DNA from: Promethearchaeota archaeon
Lineage (GTDB): Archaea > Asgardarchaeota > Lokiarchaeia > Sigyniarchaeales > SOKP01
DNA: 64,000 nt
Direction: 5' to 3'
Assembly (NCBI GenBank): GCA_016840085.1
Contig: JAEOTA010000054.1
Location: forward strand, 104,327 to 168,326
Position numbers and translations under genes: made by a program. Shown here piece by piece: positions 57,076 through 64,000 of the stretch (position 1 is the first letter of the stretch; the number at the start of each line of letters is the position of its first letter). Below the pieces are notes generated by a model that did not search any database, was not told the origin of the DNA, and saw only the letters and a list, made by a program, of their open reading frames with translations.

Positions 57076-59208
57076 ATGGCTGTACCAATAATTTTAATTG
57101 TTGCATTAATAGCAGGGATTATTTCAATAGCAATGGCTATGTACTTTAGATACTTAGTCTTAAAGGAGGATCCTGGAAATGAAAGAATGCAGGAGGTCGC
57201 AGGATACATTGAAGAAGGCGCAAAAACATACTTAAAAGTTCAATATAAGATTTTAGGAATTTTTGTGGCAGTCCTTGCAGTTGCTATGCTATTTTTACCT
57301 TCTCCATTCGAAGAAAGCTATACATATACTAGGCTAGTTGCTGGAGCATTAAATTGGGAACAGATGGTTGCTTACATTATAGGCGCTATCGGATCAATGT
57401 TTGCAGGCTGGCTTGGGATGTACGTTGGTGTTAAAGCAAATACAAGAGCAGCTCAAGGTTGTACTGTTAGTACAAAAAAAGGATTTGACATAGCGTTTTT
57501 TGGAGGAACTGTCATGGGTCTTGCTGTAGTAGGAGTTGCTTTAATTGGTGTTTCAACTTTATATTGGATTGTGCCCGATCCTATGATTGTATTAGGTTTT
57601 AGTTTCGGTGCAAGTAGTGTGGCTTTGTTTATGAAGTGCGGCGGAGGCATATACACTAAAACTGCGGATGTTGGTGCTGATTTAGTAGGGAAGGCTGAAT
57701 ATGATCTTCCTGAAGATGATCCACGAAATCCCGCAACGATTGCTGATAATGTTGGCGATAATGTTGGTGACATTGCCGGCATGGGAAGCGATCTTTTTGA
57801 CTCATATGTAGCTTCCATCATAGCAGCAATGATTTTAGCCGCAACATTACCTAGTTTTGTAGATCTTGTCTTGGAGATGGATGAATATGCAAGGTTTGTA
57901 TTTACAGTTTTTCCTGTTGTATTATGTGGCGTTGGTTTAATAGCATCACTTCTTGGAATCTATATAATAAAATGGAAGGGATCTGATGATCCTGGTAAAG
58001 CTTTAAACACTGGAACTTATTTATCAACAATACTTTTTGCAGGATTAGCTGCTCTATTTACCTTAATAATGGTTGTTGGATTAACGGGAGAGCAAGCAAT
58101 AATGCTATGGAAATTATGTGGGTGTGCTGTTATTGGTCTTTTTGCAGGTATTGTACTTGGTTTTACGAGCGATTACTTTACTAGAGCTGATAGAAAGCCT
58201 ACAAGAAAAATGGCAGAAGCCGCCCAAGAGGGTCATGCTGTTGTTATACTGAGTGGTTTTTCATATGGATTATTAAGTGTAGTTCCACCAGCCATTGGAA
58301 TTATATTTGCTATGATATTTGCATATCTATTAGGTGGTGTTTTTGGGGTTGCAATTGCTGCCGTAGGAATGCTTGCGATAGTAGGAACTATCGTTTCTAA
58401 TGATGCTTATGGTCCTATTGTAGATAATGCAAGAGCTATAGCAGAACAAGGAGATCTTGGAGATGATATAATACGCACAGCAGATCATTTAGATTCAGCG
58501 GGTAATACTGCTAAAGCTATTACTAAAGGATTCGCTATAGGAGCTGCAAATTTAACAGTGCTTGCTTTGATGTTTTCATTTGCAACAGAGGCTAATGATA
58601 TTAATCCTGGGACTATTGATGTAATGGATCTTCTCACATTAAACGTATTAATTGGTGCTTTTATTGGGGTAGTTGTGCCCGCTTTATTCTCCGCATTATT
58701 AGTTATGGCAGTTCAAAGAAATGCTGCCAAAATGGTTGATGAAATCAGAAGACAATTCGAAGAGAATCCAAAAATATTAAAAGGAGAAGAAGCCGCCGAT
58801 TTTAGCAGAACTATTGATATTGCAACTAAGGGATCATTACGAGAATTGATAATCCCAAGTATTATTTCAATTGTCATTCCGATTACAGTTGGAATACTAT
58901 TTGGTGTTGCAGCACTAGGTGCATTCTTGGTAGGGGCTATTCTCTCAGGTTTTGTCTTCGCTATCTTTATGTCAAATAGCGGTGGGGCGTGGGACAACGC
59001 AAAGAAATGGATTGAAGATGGTAATCTCGGAGGAAAAGGCACTGATGTCCATAAAGCATCCATTACAGGCGATACAGTGGGCGATCCATTTAAAGATACC
59101 GCGGGACCAAGTATTAACACCTTATTAGTTGTGATGTCATTAACAGCATCTATCTTTCTAGGATTCTTAATGCTTTTTAGCGGTGGAGCAGGACTTCTTG
59201 TATTCTAA
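57076..59208 (+). CDS. hppA: Membrane-bound ion-translocating pyrophosphatase, predicted K+-independent H+-PPase
   Basis: GGGIYTKTADVGADLVGK, EDDPRNP, DNVGDNVGD, GNTAKAITKG (Lys at the K+-dependence position), GDTVGDPFKDT. Confidence 0.95.
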   Translation: MAVPIILIVALIAGIISIAMAMYFRYLVLKEDPGNERMQEVAGYIEEGAKTYLKVQYKILGIFVAVLAVAMLFLPSPFEESYTYTRLVAGALNWEQMVAYIIGAIGSMFAGWLGMYVGVKANTRAAQGCTVSTKKGFDIAFFGGTVMGLAVVGVALIGVSTLYWIVPDPMIVLGFSFGASSVALFMKCGGGIYTKTADVGADLVGKAEYDLPEDDPRNPATIADNVGDNVGDIAGMGSDLFDSYVASIIAAMILAATLPSFVDLVLEMDEYARFVFTVFPVVLCGVGLIASLLGIYIIKWKGSDDPGKALNTGTYLSTILFAGLAALFTLIMVVGLTGEQAIMLWKLCGCAVIGLFAGIVLGFTSDYFTRADRKPTRKMAEAAQEGHAVVILSGFSYGLLSVVPPAIGIIFAMIFAYLLGGVFGVAIAAVGMLAIVGTIVSNDAYGPIVDNARAIAEQGDLGDDIIRTADHLDSAGNTAKAITKGFAIGAANLTVLALMFSFATEANDINPGTIDVMDLLTLNVLIGAFIGVVVPALFSALLVMAVQRNAAKMVDEIRRQFEENPKILKGEEAADFSRTIDIATKGSLRELIIPSIISIVIPITVGILFGVAALGAFLVGAILSGFVFAIFMSNSGGAWDNAKKWIEDGNLGGKGTDVHKASITGDTVGDPFKDTAGPSINTLLVVMSLTASIFLGFLMLFSGGAGLLVF

Positions 59209-59300
59209 TTCAACATTAAAAAACTAAAATAGCAATAAAAATCTCTTCATTTTTTTTATATTTATCTTATTCTTATTGTATAAGTCTTAAAAGGGATCAA

Positions 59301-60092
59301 ATGATAAATAATATCTTAAAAGAAATATCTTCAAACTCTATTAATTCTTATATTGAGAAAGACTTAGATGATTTTTACGCTAAGTCATCTCAACATGCTA
59401 ATTTTAATTCTCGTTTAGAAGACAAAATAAGTTGGGTTTTTGCTAAGAATGCAGATTGGCCAAATTGTATCTTTAGAGCCAATTTAGTAGATTTAAATAT
59501 AGAAAATGAAATACTAGAAATAAAAAAGTTAATTCTGGAAGGTAAAGCACCTAATGGCTGGACAGTTGGACCCCTTACAAAACCCTCAAATTTGGGGCAT
59601 TTATTAGAGAAAAATGGTTTTTCAAATGTATATCAACAAGTAGGGATGGCAGTTGATCTAAAGAATATTAAAAATGAAATGATATATAATAATGATTTAG
59701 AAGTTGAGCTTGTAGATAATGAAGAATCCTTGGAACAATGGGCTAAAACTGTTTCATTAGTCTTTAGTGTAAAGGTAGATTTTGAATTACTTAAATTTTT
59801 GCGTCTACAACCTGAAGTGAAATTTTACATTGGTAATTTTGAAGGAAAAGTTATTTCAACTTTAATGTTATATCTTTCATCAGGTGTAGCAGGACTTCAT
59901 GCTGTATCCACTTTATCTGAATATCGAGGTAAAGGATTTGGGCTTATTATTAGTGGAAATGCATTATTAGATGCATATAAAATGGGATTTTATGTGGGAG
60001 TACTTCAAGCTTCAACATTAGGTGAAAGAGTTTATAAAAAATTAGGTTTTCAAAAATATTGTGATATAATTTCTTACGAATTAACTGAATAG
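59301..60092 (+). CDS. GNAT acetyltransferase
   Basis: AGLHAVSTLSEYRGKGFG, LQAS..GERVYKKLGF. Confidence 0.88.
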   Translation: MINNILKEISSNSINSYIEKDLDDFYAKSSQHANFNSRLEDKISWVFAKNADWPNCIFRANLVDLNIENEILEIKKLILEGKAPNGWTVGPLTKPSNLGHLLEKNGFSNVYQQVGMAVDLKNIKNEMIYNNDLEVELVDNEESLEQWAKTVSLVFSVKVDFELLKFLRLQPEVKFYIGNFEGKVISTLMLYLSSGVAGLHAVSTLSEYRGKGFGLIISGNALLDAYKMGFYVGVLQASTLGERVYKKLGFQKYCDIISYELTE

Positions 60093-60254
60093 ATTCCAAA
60101 TCTTTCTTATGTGTAGAAAAGAGATATTCCTCAATTTAAATTGAAATTTAATTATATTTTACTTTTCTGCACGCAAAAATGTAAATTCTTATAAATGTGT
60201 TAATAATAAAGTATTATAATAAAATCTAAAAAAAATTCTAAGGCGAAATTTAAA

Positions 60255-63200
60255 ATGAAATATGTGAAAAAAAAAATGAAATACAAAATTGTACTGATAG
60301 TTTACATATTGATTTTAGTAGCTATTCCTTTAAATCTTATAAGTACATCTTTTGTTTTAAGTAGCTACGAATCGGTTGATAAGGAAAACCCATACCCCTC
60401 TGATGCATTCACAATTACTCTAAACGGAAAGAACTATGTAGCTGAATATATAACACGAGAAAAAGTCGAGGAAATGAAGAAACAATACGAGCTAAGAGAT
60501 TCACACAAAGATTATAATCAAATTATCGATGGCCATGGAACTGGATATGCACCCCCCACACCAGAAGACCTTGAAAAATTAATTGGTAAAGTATCTATAT
60601 TAGGTATAATTCCTGAAGCTGGTTCTCCGAATTATGGGGCTTCTGCGGATATTTCAACAGAAATCTATTTCCCTGTAGTAGGGGATCAGGCTATGCAGGG
60701 TTCTTGTACAGCATGGGCGAATGCTTATTATGCATATGGATACATGGAAGCAAAAGACTATGGATGGGATGCAAGTTCCGGAAACACGGATTACTTATTA
60801 AGTCCAGCATGGGTTTATAATAAAGTCGCAGCTTATGATTATGGTTCTGCGCCTGTTGAAGTTGCTCAATTAATGCTGGATTGGGGAGTATCAACTTTAA
60901 GTACAATGCCATATAATGATATGGATGTTGACAGCTGGGGAGAAGAACCTGCATGGAGAGAAGCACCTTACCATAGACCTCTTATTTATAACCCAATTAT
61001 CTTTACAGGACCTGAAACAATAGATATAATTAAGGCTCTTCTCGATAGTGAAATTCCTGTTACATTTGGTATTGATGCATATCAATTTGATCCTGGATTT
61101 GCAGATGGTAATTATATAATTTCTTCCGATGAATATTATTACGATCCTGGCGATCTAAACCATGCTCAATGCTTTGTTGGATATGATGATTCAATAACAG
61201 ATGATGGCGATGTTGGGGCATTTAGAGTAGTGAATTCTTGGGGTCTTGGTTGGGGTGATAATGGGTATTATTGGCTGACTTATAATGCATTCATGGAATT
61301 TGGAGAAGATCCTTGGCAATCTATACTTTATTACGATGACAGAATAGATTATAACCCAAGTCTAATAGGCACATGGGAATTTAGTGCCGCACCTACTCGA
61401 ATGGATGATATAATTACATTAGGAGTAGGTCCACATGATTCACCTTTAGATACGACTATTCCGCTCTATGATAATGATGTAGTAAATTTATTTCCTGAAT
61501 TTATGGCTTTAGATATATCAGATTTTCAAACATATTATGATGTAGACCCTGATGTATTTTTCTTTTTAGATGTTGGGTCATCTACAACAACAGGCATAAT
61601 TTCTTCTTTTCTAGTTGAAAGATATATAGGAGGGACTTTAGTAGAAATTTCACCAGAATCTCTAGATACTCCCGCAAATACTCCAGGACATGTGAATTGC
61701 ACATTTAAAACTTTTGACCACGAGTTAAAAGTGTTGTTAGAACTTCCCACAAATCCTGAAATTGGTTATATTTACCCCGTTAAAGCAAGTGTTATCAACA
61801 TAGGTCTTAATGCTGAAACTGATGTTGGTCTGTCTTTATCTATTGATGGTGTTCTTAAAGATTCAATCATTATTCCTACTCTCACTGTTGGCGCAAGTGT
61901 AACAATTACCTATATGTGGATAGTAAATGAAGTTAAAACATTTACTTTTAATGCATACTCTCCTCCTGTATCTGGTGAGACCTACATTTCAAATAATAAT
62001 AAAACTATGCAGCTAAATATATTTCAGAATTATATAATGGTACCAGGTTATCCTTATAGTTGGATAGATGCGTCTGGTGGAACATTGTTACCTTTAGGTG
62101 ATGACGACTATGCTGCAATAGCTTTACCCTTTAGTTTTACTTTTTACGATCAAACATTTTCAACAGTATATTTAAGCGAAAATGGATATCTTAGTTTCAC
62201 TGATTCAACACCTGATGATTACTCTAACGATTTCATTCCTTCAGATGATATAGAGAATTATTACTTAATAGCTCCATTTTGGGATGATCTTTACATACCT
62301 GATGGAGGAGATATTTATGTACAATCATTTGGGACTTATTGGGTGGCAGAATGGCTAAATATATATCATTGGAATGATCCTTTAGTCGGATCTTTTGAAG
62401 TAATTTTATATAACACAGGTGAAATTGTGTTTAATTATGATTATCTTGACTACACTACTTCTGGTTATACATGCGGGTTAAATTTAGGTGTGGATACAGA
62501 TTATTATAATTCATATCAAGGATTAGACGATTCTACAGATAATTTTGCGATCCAATTTTATCAAGAACCTTTAGATTTCACTAATGACCTATGTGTTACT
62601 ATGGAAGTGCCTGAATCTCCTGAAATCGGTAATACTTACATTATTAATGCAACTGTTTTCAATACGGGAAATACTGTTGAGAATATTGTCGATTTGTTTC
62701 TGGAGCTTGATGAAGCAGTTGTGAATTCAACTACAATTCCAACTCTTTCTATTGGTGAAAGTGAAACCATTACTTATGAATGGACTCCAACTGGATATGG
62801 CTCCTATAATTTCACTGCTTGGGCTCCACCTGTATCTGGTGAAACCTTCTTAAGTAACAATATTGTAACTGAACTATTGCTCATTGTCGAAGTCCATTTA
62901 TTTGATACCATGTATATAGACTATGATTATTCTAATTATTACGGGGAATTTCATGATTTTACATTCTCATATTCTTATTATTCAGGAGATCTATTTTCTA
63001 ATATCTGGTTTATGGACGGTTCTCCAGCTACTTCATGGATAGTTGATAGCAAGACAAGAATTATGACGAATTCTATATTTGGAGATGGTACTCATACTTT
63101 TATATGGATCTTCACACATGTGAATCTCGGCGACGAAGTTTTGATAGTTACCGATATGCTTGGTGATCATGTTTACACTGTGGCAGATGAACAAACTTAT

Positions 63201-63848
63201 GATCTTCCTAATTTTGGTACTATAGATGTGTGGGTACTAGAAGATATAACTATACCCGGTAGTTTTGCCTGGTACGAAAAAACTACAGGAATATTAGTAA
63301 AGGGTAAATTCTACGATGGTACTGGTTATTGGTGGTTTGCATTAGATTGTACTGATACGAATGTCGAATTCCAGTATCCTCCTGATACATTTATACTTTC
63401 CAGTACTGCTGACGATCCTGATGATGATGGTGATTTTGATTTAACTTGGTCTACATCAGATTGGGCTAATACTTATACAGTATATGAATCATCAAGTTAT
63501 ATTACCGAAATTGACGGAGCTGTAACTCCTTTAATAGAAGACACAACAGATCTTGAATTTTCTTGTTCAGGCTATGATAGCGGTACATATTTCTTCATTG
63601 TTCAAGCTATGAATGAGTATGGAGAAATACTTTCAAATTGTTATGAAATCACTGTATCAATTCCTGCAAACGGAGAGGAAGAGGAAGAAGAGGAAGAAGA
63701 GGAAGAGGAAGAAGAGGAAGAGGAAGAAGAGGAGGAAGAAGGAGATGGTGCAATTCCAGGATATAGCTTATATATTCTTATAGCATCTATAGCACTTACA
63801 TCAATTCTCATTTGGAAAAAGCGATATAAACATACCAAAAATATGTAA
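60255..63848 (+). CDS. Secreted papain-like (C1A) cysteine peptidase with CARDB/Ig-like domains, FN3-like module, poly-Glu linker and IPGY-TM sorting signal
   Basis: DQAMQGSCTAW (Q/C), NHAQCFVGY (H), VNSWG (N); two CARDB-like NATVFNTG repeats; AIPGY + TM + basic tail. Confidence 0.9.
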   Translation: MKYVKKKMKYKIVLIVYILILVAIPLNLISTSFVLSSYESVDKENPYPSDAFTITLNGKNYVAEYITREKVEEMKKQYELRDSHKDYNQIIDGHGTGYAPPTPEDLEKLIGKVSILGIIPEAGSPNYGASADISTEIYFPVVGDQAMQGSCTAWANAYYAYGYMEAKDYGWDASSGNTDYLLSPAWVYNKVAAYDYGSAPVEVAQLMLDWGVSTLSTMPYNDMDVDSWGEEPAWREAPYHRPLIYNPIIFTGPETIDIIKALLDSEIPVTFGIDAYQFDPGFADGNYIISSDEYYYDPGDLNHAQCFVGYDDSITDDGDVGAFRVVNSWGLGWGDNGYYWLTYNAFMEFGEDPWQSILYYDDRIDYNPSLIGTWEFSAAPTRMDDIITLGVGPHDSPLDTTIPLYDNDVVNLFPEFMALDISDFQTYYDVDPDVFFFLDVGSSTTTGIISSFLVERYIGGTLVEISPESLDTPANTPGHVNCTFKTFDHELKVLLELPTNPEIGYIYPVKASVINIGLNAETDVGLSLSIDGVLKDSIIIPTLTVGASVTITYMWIVNEVKTFTFNAYSPPVSGETYISNNNKTMQLNIFQNYIMVPGYPYSWIDASGGTLLPLGDDDYAAIALPFSFTFYDQTFSTVYLSENGYLSFTDSTPDDYSNDFIPSDDIENYYLIAPFWDDLYIPDGGDIYVQSFGTYWVAEWLNIYHWNDPLVGSFEVILYNTGEIVFNYDYLDYTTSGYTCGLNLGVDTDYYNSYQGLDDSTDNFAIQFYQEPLDFTNDLCVTMEVPESPEIGNTYIINATVFNTGNTVENIVDLFLELDEAVVNSTTIPTLSIGESETITYEWTPTGYGSYNFTAWAPPVSGETFLSNNIVTELLLIVEVHLFDTMYIDYDYSNYYGEFHDFTFSYSYYSGDLFSNIWFMDGSPATSWIVDSKTRIMTNSIFGDGTHTFIWIFTHVNLGDEVLIVTDMLGDHVYTVADEQTYDLPNFGTIDVWVLEDITIPGSFAWYEKTTGILVKGKFYDGTGYWWFALDCTDTNVEFQYPPDTFILSSTADDPDDDGDFDLTWSTSDWANTYTVYESSSYITEIDGAVTPLIEDTTDLEFSCSGYDSGTYFFIVQAMNEYGEILSNCYEITVSIPANGEEEEEEEEEEEEEEEEEEEEEEGDGAIPGYSLYILIASIALTSILIWKKRYKHTKNM
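63675..63740 (+). repeat. GAR trinucleotide tract encoding 22 consecutive Glu
   Basis: 66 nt of GAG/GAA codons. Confidence 0.95.
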
Positions 63849-63919
63849 AACAAATTTTAAATTATTTAAATTCTCTTTTTTTTCTTAATTGACAATCCCC
63901 ACTCACTCGACAAAATTAT

Positions 63920-64000
63920 TTAGACCTCCTGTAACTGTCTAATATTTTCTTCAAAACGTGCGATGTTTCCAGTATCTTTTTCTCTAATCTTCCATGTTCG
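63920..64000 (-). CDS. 3' end of a CDS entering from beyond the window
   Basis: RTWKIREKDTGNIARFEENIRQLQEV* open to the window edge. Confidence 0.55.
   Translation of the reverse strand, partial: RTWKIREKDTGNIARFEENIRQLQEV

Noticed and set aside
63641-63853. Antisense poly-Ser ORF and the other 60-135 aa ORFs overlapping long genes (e.g. 48135-48536, 57453-57821, 58713-59120)
   Set aside because: Shadow ORFs of well-supported genes on the opposite strand or in another frame; no motifs

Overview
AT-rich chromosomal window, almost certainly from an Asgard archaeon (Lokiarchaeia-like). It carries several small Rab/MglA-type GTPases, a gelsolin-domain protein, a longin-like protein, an IFT52/GIFT-like protein, IPGY-TM C-terminal sorting signals, HdrABC/MvhD, cdc6 and xerA. 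About 55 CDSs are present; no rRNA, tRNA, CRISPR or IS element was seen. Main discovery: two unrelated protein-coding genes, purA and a small Zn-ribbon gene, are each interrupted near their 5' end by a 31-nt insertion that contains an in-frame stop. Both insertions fold into bulge-helix-bulge (BHB)-type structures. Cutting after the 2nd nucleotide of each 3-nt bulge restores a conserved motif exactly (GDEGKGK in PurA; CPECGG in the Zn ribbon). This points to tRNA-endonuclease-type mRNA micro-introns in an Asgard archaeon. Other highlights: a single-pass receptor with a Venus-flytrap ectodomain and a cytoplasmic TIR domain, a 4x cohesin scaffoldin-like surface protein, a candidate ~160-nt structured ncRNA with its own TATA box, a likely ATC start codon, tandem vWA-Zn-finger paralogs, and a perfect 22-bp palindrome upstream of xerA. 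All calls come from reading the sequence; no searches were run.
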